Source: Phycisphaerales bacterium (lineage in GTDB: Bacteria; Planctomycetota; Phycisphaerae; Phycisphaerales; UBA5793). Taken from it: a DNA stretch of 64,000 nucleotides. Positions 1 through 9,647 of the stretch are shown here, one piece after another. Where the stretch lies: contig JAPKGW010000001.1 in assembly GCA_026647365.1 (NCBI GenBank), positions 66,340-130,339 on the forward strand, given 5' to 3'. The position numbers and the translations under genes were made by a program. Below the pieces are notes generated by a model that was given only the letters and a program-made list of their open reading frames with translations, was not told the origin of the DNA and did no database searches. The stretch's first letter is position 1. Each line of letters starts with the position of its first letter.

Positions 1-873
1 CTGCTCGGGCGAGAGCGTGCTGACGTTGAGGTCCTGGTCATAGTTGCCCAGCGGCTGACTGTTCCAGTGGCTGTGCGCGAGTCGGCCAACGCTCAGCGGC
101 CAACTGAAGGCGTAGGCGAGATCCTCGAAGCCCATCAGCACGTGCCCGACCTCGGGATTCATGCACACGAGTTTGTGTCCGTCGTCGAGCAGCCGGCGAT
201 TGTCCTTCGCTCGCAGCATCGAATCGACCTGATGGCCGAGGAGCAGGCCCTCGGGCGTGGTGCCGAAGAGGATGCGGCCGCGCGGTTCGTAGGGCTTTGG
301 CTCGAATGCGATGCGCACGCCCGGCTCTGCATCCATCGCCTCCGCGAGGCCCTCGGCAAAGCGATCGCGCATCGCGGCAAAGTCGAGCCCGAAAGAGTTC
401 TCATATCCATCGATGCCGGGCCAGACCACGGCGAAGTCGGTGTCGAGTTGCCTGTTGAGGCGCAGCGCGCCTTTCGTGCGCTCGATCGCATTGCGCCGAG
501 GTTCTTTCAGGGGACTCGAAAGCGAGCCCCACTCGAACTGCTCATCCCAGAAAAGCAGGGGAATGACCGTGAGCAGGCGGATGCCCGAGTCGCGCGTGAA
601 CGCCTTCCAGAGGTCAAGGTTCTCTTCGTTGATCTCGTTGGGGTAGTGCGCTTCGAGGGCGCCCAGGCCCTGGCCCGCGAGCGTGGCGGCGATGTCGAGG
701 CGCTGCTCGATCGTGCGGTCGGGCTGATACTTCGCATGAAAACGCGAATGAGCCGGCGAGAAGAACCAGATCCCCGCGGAGAACTTGAGATCAAGGTTGA
801 ATGACTGAAGATGCGCATGCATCTCGGCCGTCGTTCTGCGCATCGCCTGAGAACGTAGATCAAGCATCGGCAT
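1..873 (-). CDS. xylose isomerase-like TIM-barrel protein, 3' end cut by the window edge
   Basis: Not in the ORF track because no stop falls inside the window. My translation of the minus strand from ATG 873..871 gives 291 open codons: MPMLDLRSQ..LKFSAGIWFF..IAFEPKPYEPRG..MNPEVGHVLM..HWNSQPLGNYDQDLNV. These are the FS.G.W / EPKP.EPR / NPE.GH / DQDL blocks of class-I xylose-isomerase-type enzymes. Track ORF 67..804(+) is its antisense shadow. The start overlaps the upstream methyltransferase stop by 14 nt (alternative ATG at 867). Confidence 0.8.
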   Translation of the reverse strand, partial: MPMLDLRSQAMRRTTAEMHAHLQSFNLDLKFSAGIWFFSPAHSRFHAKYQPDRTIEQRLDIAATLAGQGLGALEAHYPNEINEENLDLWKAFTRDSGIRLLTVIPLLFWDEQFEWGSLSSPLKEPRRNAIERTKGALRLNRQLDTDFAVVWPGIDGYENSFGLDFAAMRDRFAEGLAEAMDAEPGVRIAFEPKPYEPRGRILFGTTPEGLLLGHQVDSMLRAKDNRRLLDDGHKLVCMNPEVGHVLMGFEDLAYAFSWPLSVGRLAHSHWNSQPLGNYDQDLNVSTLSPEQ

Positions 874-1795
874 ACGTCGTTTCTCCCGCAACCTCTCTCG
901 TTGCCACTTCTGTTTGATCCTGATCGATATCGAGTGACCCGGACCGGCTCACCTCCGGCCTCACGAGCGCAAGCCGGCGCTTCATCACGCGCACCGCTTC
1001 TTCATTATTATCAATGAGCACGGCGCTGCGGCCATTCCTGATCGCCGCTTCGCCCAGCGTGCCGCTGCCGGCGAAGAAGTCCAGGCACACATCGCCGGGA
1101 TTCGAGTGCACGCGCACGATGCGCTCGATGATGGCCAGCGGCTTCTGCGTCGGATAGCCGGTCTTCTCCTTGCCGTTGGGGCTGACGATCGTGTTCCACC
1201 ACGTGTCGGTGGGCGTCTTGCCGCGTGCGGCCTTCTCCGGCCCGACGAGGCCCGGGGCCATGTAGGGAATGCGGTCGATGTCGTCGTAGCGGTAGGTGTA
1301 GTTCGCCGGGTCTTTCGCGTACCAGAGGATGTTGTCGTGCTTGGGCGACCAGCGGCGCGTGGCGCGGGCGCCGTAGTCGTAGGCCCAGATGATCTCGTTG
1401 ATGAAACTCGCGCGGCCGAAGATTGCATCAAGCAGCACCTTGGCGTAATGCACCTCGCGGTAATCGAGATGCAGGAAGAAACTGCCCGTCGGCTTGAGCA
1501 GACGATGCGCATCGAGCAGCCGCGGCTCGAGAAACGCCAGGTAGTCGTCGAAGACATCGGCGTATGACTTCGTCCCCAGGCGCACGGATCGATAGCGCCG
1601 GCCCTTGAAGCCGGTGCGGTCGCCCGCGTCGTCGCGCACTGTGTGCATCTGCGTGCGGCTCTGCACCCTGCCGGTGTTGAAGGGCGGGTCGATGTAGATG
1701 AGGTCAAACAAGGCGCCGGGCCAGTCCTGCATGACGGCGAGGTTGTCGCCGAAATGAATCTCGAGGCGGGGGACACCGGCGGGCGGTGTGGTCAT
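860..1795 (-). CDS. site-specific DNA methyltransferase, beta-class (N6-adenine/N4-cytosine, PF01555-type)
   Basis: 311 aa. Motif IV (LIYIDPPFN) precedes YPTQKP and motif I (DFFAGSGTLG), which is the beta-class permutation. DPPF favours N6-adenine. No nuclease or specificity gene is adjacent. Confidence 0.85.
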   Translation of the reverse strand: MTTPPAGVPRLEIHFGDNLAVMQDWPGALFDLIYIDPPFNTGRVQSRTQMHTVRDDAGDRTGFKGRRYRSVRLGTKSYADVFDDYLAFLEPRLLDAHRLLKPTGSFFLHLDYREVHYAKVLLDAIFGRASFINEIIWAYDYGARATRRWSPKHDNILWYAKDPANYTYRYDDIDRIPYMAPGLVGPEKAARGKTPTDTWWNTIVSPNGKEKTGYPTQKPLAIIERIVRVHSNPGDVCLDFFAGSGTLGEAAIRNGRSAVLIDNNEEAVRVMKRRLALVRPEVSRSGSLDIDQDQTEVATREVAGETTYADA

Positions 1796-2156
1796 GGCGT
1801 GAGTCTACCCGCGCGCCGCCCGGCCCGCACCGGCCGCGCCCGGCCACGCGGGCCGCCGGCGAACGCCTCCCCGCCTCAGCCCGCCCGCAGATCGACGGGA
1901 GAAAACTCCACCTGATTCTCATTTCGGCGGAACCGCGCGGCCGGACCGGAGCGAATAAGGGAATATCACGCCGCAGCGTCCGTTGCGGCCGTGGGGCTGC
2001 GGTTTTCTCCTGCGTTCTGCGCCGCAGACTGTATGATGGGGCGACGGCGAGCCGGTCTCGCAGGTCCGTCGGCCCGAGAGCCGCCCGCTCTGCGCTGCCG
2101 CGGCGGACGGGCCGCTCATTACCAGGGTCTTGACATCCATCTGAGGGAGACTCGCC

Positions 2157-3722
2157 ATGAAGCATTGGAGTCGTCGATTCACATTGCATCAGATGGTCCT
2201 TGCCGCGCCAGCCGTGCTGATGTGCTCTGCATGGAGCAGCATCGTCCTCGCCCAGCGCGGCCTGCCGTACACGATTGAGCCGCCGGAGGGTTCGGTCGAG
2301 TTCGGCGCTTCTGTCGCGTCCGGCGGCGATGCCGATCGCGACGGCCTGCCGGACATCTTTGTTGCGGACCCGTCGTTCCGGATCGGCAATGACATCGTCG
2401 GGCGATGGTTCGTGTGTCGCGGCACGGACGGGGCGATCCTCTGGAGTGGAACCGGAGATCAGCCCATGCCCTCAAACTCCGCTCCGTTCGTCATCGGATC
2501 ATTCGTGGGAGACTTGAATGACGATGGGCGCGATGACGTCGTGGTGGCCCTCACGGCTGCGCCCGGCGGAGTTCGCGCGCTGCGCGCCTTCTCGGGGATC
2601 GACGGCATGGCGCTGTGGGAGGCGGATGCAATCGGCATTGGCGATCTCTGCGCCGCCGGAGACCTCGACGGCGACCTTGTCCCCGACATCGCGTACACAT
2701 CGCGCGACTGGCGCAACTCGCAGTTTCAGGTCGTCGCCGTCAGCGGTGCGACCGGCGCAGAGCTGTTCCGCCGGGACGTTCCCAGTTCGGTGCTGCGCAT
2801 TCGCAGCCTCGGCGATGCCGACGGGGACTCCATTCCCGATCTGGTCGTGGGATTCACGGCGAGTCAGGGAGGGTGCTGTTTCTCGGCCGTCATGGCCGTT
2901 TCTGGAGCGGACGGCGCCCCCATCTGGTACGTTCCCGTCAATGGAACGTCGAGCGTCGGCTTTGCCATTGCCACGGGGATTGATCTTTCCGGTGATGGCG
3001 TGTGGGACATAGCCACCATGTATCAGACGAGTTCAACGGGACTCATTCTCGATGGCGCTACGGGCCGGGTTCTTCGTCACTTCGACGCGACTAGGCCGGG
3101 CGATCTCTGGGGAATGCGGCTTGACTTTGCCCGCACCCACGATCCCGATCGCGTGGACCTCGTGGCCCAGCACTGGCGGAACTCGCGCCTCGGCGTCGAT
3201 GTCGTTGACCAGGAGAACAACGAAATTCACTGGGTGACGGGCGCCGTCAGTGCGCCGCCTCTCGGCTTTTTCCGCGGTCATGAGACCGCCGTGGCCGATC
3301 TGAACGGCGACGGACTCGACGACTTCATCATCGGTTCGTTCGGGGAAGGCGTGCGCACGTTCGGTGGGAGTCCCCTGTTGCTCAACTTCACCGAACATCG
3401 CGATGGCTACGACATCGTCCCGGGCCACGTCTACGACTTCACCGTCCGCGGCGCGCGACCCGGCCGCACGATCCACCTCCTCGGCTCATTGCGCGGCAAC
3501 GGCTGCACCTTCATTCCGCGCCTGGGCATCTGCATCGATCTCGACCAGCGCATTCACCGCCTCGGCAGCGCCGTCGCAGAACCCGACCGCGCGGCCCGCT
3601 TCACGCTCGAAGCACCGATCAACCTGCCGCGCGGCCCGCTGTGGCTCCAGGCGATCGACCCCGCCGACCCCAGCCGCGGCGCGATCACGAGCAATGTGAT
3701 GCGACTGGAGGTCGTGGATTAG
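2157..3722 (+). CDS. secreted FG-GAP/integrin-alpha-like repeat protein with conserved C-terminal module
   Basis: 521 aa with a signal peptide ending VLAQ. Repeated Ca-loop units are present: GGDADRDGLPDIFVADP, GDLNDDGRDDVVV, GDLDGDLVPDIAY, GDADGDSIPDLVVG, DLSGDGVWDIAT, DLNGDGLDDFIIG. A purine-rich GAGGGAG lies upstream of the ATG. Confidence 0.8.
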   Translation: MKHWSRRFTLHQMVLAAPAVLMCSAWSSIVLAQRGLPYTIEPPEGSVEFGASVASGGDADRDGLPDIFVADPSFRIGNDIVGRWFVCRGTDGAILWSGTGDQPMPSNSAPFVIGSFVGDLNDDGRDDVVVALTAAPGGVRALRAFSGIDGMALWEADAIGIGDLCAAGDLDGDLVPDIAYTSRDWRNSQFQVVAVSGATGAELFRRDVPSSVLRIRSLGDADGDSIPDLVVGFTASQGGCCFSAVMAVSGADGAPIWYVPVNGTSSVGFAIATGIDLSGDGVWDIATMYQTSSTGLILDGATGRVLRHFDATRPGDLWGMRLDFARTHDPDRVDLVAQHWRNSRLGVDVVDQENNEIHWVTGAVSAPPLGFFRGHETAVADLNGDGLDDFIIGSFGEGVRTFGGSPLLLNFTEHRDGYDIVPGHVYDFTVRGARPGRTIHLLGSLRGNGCTFIPRLGICIDLDQRIHRLGSAVAEPDRAARFTLEAPINLPRGPLWLQAIDPADPSRGAITSNVMRLEVVD

Positions 3723-4093
3723 TTTCATCGCACGCAGACACCGCCATTGGAGCCAGGCTCCGGCACGAACTGGGGCCAGCCGGGGGCCACACGGGTCGAA
3801 TCAGGCACGCCGGTCGCCCGGGACGCTCTCGGAAATCAGGGAATCCGCCCCGAAAGTGGAAGGTTTCATTCCGCGGCCCTGAATTCTTCGGTACAATGGG
3901 CCGGTTGAAGGCGGTCGCTGCGGGCATCCTCTGCCCGATGGACCTCCGGGACCGGATACGCACAGTCCGGCCGGCCTGACATTCTTGCCTTGCCTCATCA
4001 CGGCCCTGATGCGATGGCTCGCCCAGAGTCGTGCGCCCCGCCTTGTGTCGGGGGACATGCGGTAAACAGCCAATCTGCCTCAGGAGGTTTGTC

Positions 4094-5686
4094 ATGCATG
4101 CGAGCCGAGGATTATCGTCGATCGCTGCGTGGCTTGCCATTGGTCTGATGGTCGTCGGGCTGCTGCCGACGTCGGTGTTGGCGCAGCGAGGCTTGCCGCA
4201 CCTCATCGAGCCGCCGGAGGGGTCGGTGCAGTTCGGCCGGTCGGTGGCGAGCGGAGGCGATGCCAACGGCGACGGCGTCGATGACCTCTTCATCAGCGAC
4301 CCCGGCTTCGAGGTGGAGGGCGTGCGCGTCGGCCGCTGGTTCGTCTACGACGGAGCGACGCGGGAGGAGATGTGGCGCGCGGTGGGCGACGCGCCGCTGG
4401 GAATTGATGAGTTGAGATGGAGCCACCTGATCGCGGCTGCGTTCATCGGCGACATCGACGGCGACGGGGGAGATGACCTCATCGTCGGGATCCCAACCAC
4501 ATTCCAGCAGCATGGAACAGCGATCGTGTACTCCGGGCGCACGGGCGATGTGCTGCACCGCTACGACGGCGGTGAGCATCACTACCTCGGCATCGACGTC
4601 AGCGGCGTCGGGGATTTGAACAGAGACGGCACGCCCGACTTCGCCTTCGCCGGGCGCTACTACGCCGCCGATGGACACGTCTCGTTTCGATCAGGGAGAG
4701 ACGGAAGTGAACTGCATCGAATCGAGATTCCCTATCCACGGCGCATTCGAGGCATCGGCGACATCGACGGCGACGGACACGATGACGCCGCGGTCAGTTC
4801 CTGGCGCCAATACATCGAAAATGCGCGGGTCTTCATTCTGTCGGGCCGGACGGGCGAAACGACGATCCTGAGCGCGCCGGGCGGATCCCGCGAGGACCGC
4901 TTCGCCTACACGATGGCCGGCAGTGCAGATGTCACCGGCGATGGCGTACCTGATCTTGCGGTGCGAGGCGGTCGTGAGAACAGTGATGGCGTCATCTACA
5001 TCTACTCAGGCGCCACGCTCGAAATCGTCAGCACCATCACGGATTTGACTGAGCGCTTCGGCCTTCGGGCGACGCGGATCGAGTTCGTCGACGTCAACGG
5101 AGACGGCCTGTTCGAAGTCTTCGCCGACTGGGGCGGGAGGGTGAGCATCTACGAGCCGCTGTCGGGTCGAATGATCCGGCACCATCCGACCTCGCTGATC
5201 CAAAACAGCCAGGGCGTCATCTACGGCAGCGAATCCGCCGCAGGCCACTTCAATGGCGACGTCTTCGCTGACGTAGCCAATCTGGTCTACACCAGCAGCG
5301 CGGAGATGCGTCGGGTCGGTCTCTTTGCCGGCGCGCCCCTGCTTCTGAGCACCTCGGAGACCAGCTCTGGCAGCAGGCTTCGGCGCGGTCAGAAGTACGT
5401 CTTCATTGTCCACGGCGCGCAGAGCGGCCGGCGCGTCTACTTCCTCGCCTCGCCCACGGGCCACGGCTGCACCTTCATCCCGCGCCTCGGAGTCTGCATC
5501 GACCTCGACCCGCGCATCCACCGCCTGGGCGACGCTCTTACCAACAGCGAGGGCTTCGCCCAACTCTCGCTCGAAATCGGTACCAACGTCCCCCTCGGCC
5601 CGGCCTGGCTCCAGGCGATCGACCCCGCCGACCCCAGTCGCGGCGCGATCACGAGCAATGTCCTGCAGGTGGAGATCGTCCAGTAG
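4094..5686 (+). CDS. secreted FG-GAP repeat protein, tandem paralogue of 2157..3722
   Basis: The track ORF starts at 4031. I prefer ATG 4094, which has AGGAGG at 4082..4087 and a signal peptide MHASRGLSSIAAWLAIGLMVVGLLPTSVLAQ. The mature N-terminus RGLPHLIEPPEGSVQFGRSVASGGDA and the C-terminus GCTFIPRLGVCIDLD..WLQAIDPADPSRGAITSNV closely match the upstream gene. Confidence 0.8.
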   Translation: MHASRGLSSIAAWLAIGLMVVGLLPTSVLAQRGLPHLIEPPEGSVQFGRSVASGGDANGDGVDDLFISDPGFEVEGVRVGRWFVYDGATREEMWRAVGDAPLGIDELRWSHLIAAAFIGDIDGDGGDDLIVGIPTTFQQHGTAIVYSGRTGDVLHRYDGGEHHYLGIDVSGVGDLNRDGTPDFAFAGRYYAADGHVSFRSGRDGSELHRIEIPYPRRIRGIGDIDGDGHDDAAVSSWRQYIENARVFILSGRTGETTILSAPGGSREDRFAYTMAGSADVTGDGVPDLAVRGGRENSDGVIYIYSGATLEIVSTITDLTERFGLRATRIEFVDVNGDGLFEVFADWGGRVSIYEPLSGRMIRHHPTSLIQNSQGVIYGSESAAGHFNGDVFADVANLVYTSSAEMRRVGLFAGAPLLLSTSETSSGSRLRRGQKYVFIVHGAQSGRRVYFLASPTGHGCTFIPRLGVCIDLDPRIHRLGDALTNSEGFAQLSLEIGTNVPLGPAWLQAIDPADPSRGAITSNVLQVEIVQ

Positions 5687-6000
5687 ACCGTTGCTTCCAA
5701 CCGCGCCGGCCCGGAGCAAGGCATTCGCGCGGGAAGGAGTATCAGCCGGTCCTGCAACCAGGGGATCACAGGGCGGTGCCGGCGCCATGATCCTGCTCTC
5801 GGCGCGCCTGCGTCGGGCGTTGCCGGTGCACAACGGTCTGCCGGCCCGGACTGAAGCGTGGCCGAAGAACCGCTTCCTGGGTTCGCGCATCGCACGCGGC
5901 GGCGACGCGGAGGGAGGGCTCTGTCCACTCGACCCCGGTTGCCTCCTCTCTACGATCTCCGCTTTAGCGCACCACGCGCTCGCGCGGAGGAGTCGAGGAC

Positions 6001-7008
6001 ATGGCCAGGACAGTGTGTCTGCTGCGCGGCGACGGGATCGGGCCTGAAGTGACGGAGGCGGCGCGGCGCGTCATCGACGCCGCCGGCGCGGGCCTCGAGT
6101 GGCTCGAACTCGACGCCGGCGCAGGAGCGCTGGAGCGCACGGGCGATGTCCTTCCGCCCGCGACCATCGCCGCGATCGAGAGGCACCGCATCGCCCTCAA
6201 GGGGCCGCTCACGACGCCCATCGGCAAGGGCTTCGCCAGCGTCAACGTCCAACTGCGCAAGCGATTCGATCTTTACGCTGCGGTGCGGCCGGTGCGCTCG
6301 ATGCCGGGCATCCGCACGCGCTTCGAGAACGTCGAGATCGTCGTCATCCGCGAGAACACCGAGGGGCTGTACTCGGGCATCGAGCACGAAGTTGTGCCCG
6401 GCGTCGTCGAGAGCCTCAAGGTCGCCACGCGGGCGGGCTGCGAGCGAATCGCGCGCTTCGCGTTCAACTATGCGCGCGAGCGCGGCCGCAGGAAAGTGAC
6501 CGTCTTTCACAAGGCGAACATCATGAAGATGTCCGACGGCCTGTTCATCGAATGCGCCCGCAGGATGCACAAGGAGTGCGGCGAGGGGATTGAGTACCAG
6601 GAACTCATCATCGACAACGGGTGCATGCAACTGGTCCAGAACCCGGCGCAGTTCGACATCCTGCTGCTGGAGAATCTCTACGGCGACGTGATCAGCGACC
6701 TCTGCGCGGGGCTGGTGGGCGGCCTGGGCGTCGTGCCGGGGGCGAACATCGGGAAGGACTGCGCCATCTTCGAGGCGGTGCACGGCAGCGCGCCGACCAT
6801 CGCGGGCCAGAACATCGCCAACCCCCTGGCCGTCATCATGAGCGGCGTGATGATGCTGCGGCACCTCGGCCTGCACGAACCGGCCGGGCGCATCAGGAGC
6901 GCCTACAACGCCGTGCTCACCGAGGGCCGGGCTGAGGAACTCACCCGCGACATCGGTGGAACCGCAGGCACGAACGAGTTCGCCCAAGCCGTCATTCGCA
7001 GGCTGTGA
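6001..7008 (+). CDS. isocitrate dehydrogenase, NAD-dependent (IDH3-like) member of the isocitrate/isopropylmalate dehydrogenase family
   Basis: 335 aa. LLRGDGIGPEV, RENTEGLYSGIEHEVVPGVVESLK, FHKANIMKMSDGLF, NLYGDVISDLCAGLVGGLG and EAVHGSAP are close to the mitochondrial-type NAD-IDH pattern. Confidence 0.9.
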   Translation: MARTVCLLRGDGIGPEVTEAARRVIDAAGAGLEWLELDAGAGALERTGDVLPPATIAAIERHRIALKGPLTTPIGKGFASVNVQLRKRFDLYAAVRPVRSMPGIRTRFENVEIVVIRENTEGLYSGIEHEVVPGVVESLKVATRAGCERIARFAFNYARERGRRKVTVFHKANIMKMSDGLFIECARRMHKECGEGIEYQELIIDNGCMQLVQNPAQFDILLLENLYGDVISDLCAGLVGGLGVVPGANIGKDCAIFEAVHGSAPTIAGQNIANPLAVIMSGVMMLRHLGLHEPAGRIRSAYNAVLTEGRAEELTRDIGGTAGTNEFAQAVIRRL

Positions 7009-7172
7009 GCAGAGGTTGAGTCGGGGACGGGGCATCGAGTCGTCACACCCCCCGAAAATAGACCCGTCCCTATTTTCGGGAGGGGGCGTCGAGGGGTCGG
7101 CGGGAACCAGCGGCGCCCGCGGACGAATCATCGGCTGCTTCCGAAGGCTATCGGGGCTTGAGGATGCGGAAG

Positions 7173-7199
7173 AAAACCGCCCGCGGAAGCGGTTTTGTC
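7173..7199 (+). terminator. rho-independent terminator downstream of the isocitrate dehydrogenase gene
   Basis: Stem AAAACCGC (7173..7180), loop CCGCGGAA, stem GCGGTTTT (7189..7196), then TTTTGT. It is symmetric, so it could act in both directions. A second, tail-less hairpin lies at 7048..7086 (CCCCCCGAAAATAG / CTATTTTCGGGAGGGGG). Confidence 0.6.
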
Positions 7200-7264
7200 C
7201 TGTACCCGACGCCATCATGTGGTATGTTCTATGATGTGCCCGGCCCAGCCGGAGGAGTGACCGC

Positions 7265-7849
7265 ATGTCGCTGAAGACGGAAACGGAGATCGAAGCCCTC
7301 GCCCCGCTCTTCGAGTACCTCGAGTCGCTCACCGGCCGGGCGTCCATCGACGATCTCGACCGCGCCATGCGCGCGATCGACGTGACGGTCGAGGACGTGG
7401 CCGGGCACATCCGCTATTGCGATGAGCACTACAAGCGCAACCTGATCCGCGAGGGGCGGTGGTACCAGGCCTACGCGCTGTGCTGGAAGAGCGGGCAGCG
7501 CAGCCCGATCCACGATCACAGCAGCACGACCTGCGGCGTGCGGGTGCTGCAAGGCAGAGGCGTCGAGACGATCTACGAGCCTTCGCCGTGCGGTCAGATG
7601 ATGGCGGTGCGCTCGCGGCCGCTGTGCGTCGGCGACATCTGCGCCAGCCAGGACAGCGACACGCACCAGATTTCCAACCTCCAGCCCGCGGGCCAGAACC
7701 TCGTGACGCTGCACATCTACTCGCCGCCGCTGCGCGAGTTCCACACTTACAGCGCCACGGACGGCACGGTGAACCGCGTCCGCGACATCGGCAACGGCTG
7801 CTGCGAGGTCGTCGCCACGATGGACATCGCGGAGTTCAGAGGTCGATGA
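7265..7849 (+). CDS. cysteine dioxygenase type I-like cupin protein
   Basis: 194 aa. WKSGQRSPIHDHSSTTCGVRVLQG plus the later HQISN and LHIYSPPL match the CDO-type cupin metal-site layout (S.IHDH...H). Confidence 0.75.
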   Translation: MSLKTETEIEALAPLFEYLESLTGRASIDDLDRAMRAIDVTVEDVAGHIRYCDEHYKRNLIREGRWYQAYALCWKSGQRSPIHDHSSTTCGVRVLQGRGVETIYEPSPCGQMMAVRSRPLCVGDICASQDSDTHQISNLQPAGQNLVTLHIYSPPLREFHTYSATDGTVNRVRDIGNGCCEVVATMDIAEFRGR

Positions 7850-7871
7850 GCGGCGCGTTTACGATTGATGA

Positions 7872-9647
7872 TCACCGGTGTTGCGACGAGGCGTAGTGCG
7901 AGCCGAGTTTTTCTGCGCTGCGCACCAGAGTGATGAACTCGGCGCGGTGGCCTGTTTCGTCGAGGCCGCGGGCGCTCTCGGCGAGTTCGAGCGCCATGCG
8001 AAAGTCCGCGTCGCCGCGCGCGATCGAGTCGCGGAGCGTCAGGCCCATGGCCGCGACTGCCGCCGCCCAGCGGAAGTCCGTCGAGGCCTCGCGCCAGTCG
8101 GCGCCTTCATCGGACACGGGAATCTCCATGTACCGGCTCGACGCCCCGTCCGGCTGCTTGTAGCGGCACTTGACGGCGAAGAGTTCGCCGCTGCGCTCGC
8201 CGCGCGAGGACGGAACGTATTCCGGCTCGCGCGCAGGACGCTGGTAGCGCAGGGGATCGATCCCCCACGGCACCGACCGCCCCGCCGGAACAATCTCGTA
8301 CAGGGCCGTCACGCTGTGGCCCGCACCCACGTCGCCCGCGTCGCGGCGGTCATCATTGAAATCCCTCGCCGCCAGCATCCGGTTCTCGTAGCCGATGAGG
8401 CGATACCCCTCGACGGTCGCGGGATTGAACTCGACCTGAATCTTGACGTCTTTGGCGACGGTCTGGAGCGTGCCGGTCGCCTGCTCGCCGAGAATGCGCC
8501 GCGCTTCGTGGAAGGAATCGATGTAGGCGTAGACGCCGTTGCCCTGGTCGGCGAGTCGCTCCATCATCGCTTCGTTGAGGTTGCCGCGACCGACGCCGAG
8601 GACCGTGAGAAAGACCTTGCTGCGGGCCTTGCGCTCGATGAGGTCGAGCAGGGCGTAGTCGCTGGTCATGCCGACGTTGAAGTCGCCATCGGTGGCGAGG
8701 ATGATGCGGTTGACCCCGCCGGGGATGAAGTTGTGCTCGGCCACGTCGTAGGCAAGTTGAATGCCGGCGCCGCCGTTGGTGTTGCCGCCCGCGCGGAGGC
8801 CGTCAATGGTGTCCAGGATCGAGCCTCGGTGCGCCACCGCGGTCGAGGGCAGCGCCACGCCGCTGCGGCCCGAGTACGTCACGATCGCCACGCGGTCGTC
8901 ATCGCGCAGTTCGCTCACGAGCACGCGCATCGCCCGCTGAATGAGCGGCAGGCGGTCCTCGGGCGACATCGATCCGGACACGTCGAGGAGAAAGACGAGG
9001 TTCGCCGGCGGGCGATCCGCCATCTCGACCTCGCGGGCGCGGAGGTGAATCCGCGCCAGGCGATGATCCGGCGTCCAGGGGCAGGAGGCGACCTCGACAT
9101 GGACCGCGAAGGGATCGCTGCCGTCCGGCGGCGCATCGTCGTAGGCGAAGTAGTTGATCATCTCCTCGATGCGCACTGCCTGAGGCGGCGGAAGTTGCCC
9201 ATCGCTGATGAATCGCCTCACGTTGCTGTATGATCCCGTGTCCACGTCCACGGCAAACGTTGAAAGCGGCTGCTCCGAGACGCGGCTGAAGGGCTGCTCG
9301 CGGTCGTACTGGTAGCGGTCGCCGCCACGATAGACCGGGCGCGACGACGGGGAGCCGCCGTCGGACGGGAAATGGTGGTAGATGTACGACTCGGGCACGA
9401 TCGTCGTGGAGTGCAGCCCCGGCGCGTAGGAATCGAGCGAGGTGCCGTATCCGGCTGATCCGCTGTACGACTTCGAGTTGCACCCCGACGGCGATCCTGC
9501 GGCAATGAGAACGAGAAGGAGAATCGCCCAGTGGCCCGCTGTGGTCGTCCGGTGTGTCACGGCTGGTCTCCTCGTGATGGGAAAAACGAGCATTGCCGCA
9601 CCGGCGCGAAGCGCGCCCGGCGCCTTTCGGAGAGAGTGATGCGCCAT
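7872..9647 (-). CDS. von Willebrand factor A domain protein (YfbK-like), probable lipoprotein
   Basis: STFAVDVDTGSYSNVRRFISDGQLPPPQAVRIEEMINYF is followed by a vWA MIDAS motif (VFLLDVSGSM..TDG) and a long C-terminal domain. The N-terminus has LLVLIAAGSPSGC, which looks like a lipobox. An alternative start at 9593 (MLVFPIT) is possible. Confidence 0.85.
   Translation of the reverse strand: MAHHSLRKAPGALRAGAAMLVFPITRRPAVTHRTTTAGHWAILLLVLIAAGSPSGCNSKSYSGSAGYGTSLDSYAPGLHSTTIVPESYIYHHFPSDGGSPSSRPVYRGGDRYQYDREQPFSRVSEQPLSTFAVDVDTGSYSNVRRFISDGQLPPPQAVRIEEMINYFAYDDAPPDGSDPFAVHVEVASCPWTPDHRLARIHLRAREVEMADRPPANLVFLLDVSGSMSPEDRLPLIQRAMRVLVSELRDDDRVAIVTYSGRSGVALPSTAVAHRGSILDTIDGLRAGGNTNGGAGIQLAYDVAEHNFIPGGVNRIILATDGDFNVGMTSDYALLDLIERKARSKVFLTVLGVGRGNLNEAMMERLADQGNGVYAYIDSFHEARRILGEQATGTLQTVAKDVKIQVEFNPATVEGYRLIGYENRMLAARDFNDDRRDAGDVGAGHSVTALYEIVPAGRSVPWGIDPLRYQRPAREPEYVPSSRGERSGELFAVKCRYKQPDGASSRYMEIPVSDEGADWREASTDFRWAAAVAAMGLTLRDSIARGDADFRMALELAESARGLDETGHRAEFITLVRSAEKLGSHYASSQHR

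Noticed and set aside
67-804. 245-aa + strand ORF at the left edge
   Set aside because: The opposite strand encodes a clearly xylose-isomerase-like protein that is open across the whole interval.
2128-2156. TTGACA hexamer 23 nt upstream of the first FG-GAP gene ATG as a promoter
   Set aside because: There is no acceptable -10 hexamer at 16-18 nt spacing (CGCCAT/TCGCCA), and it would leave no room for the observed purine-rich RBS.
5950-7410. 486-aa ORF on the minus strand
   Set aside because: It is antisense to the isocitrate dehydrogenase gene and runs through the intergenic hairpins. No motifs are present.
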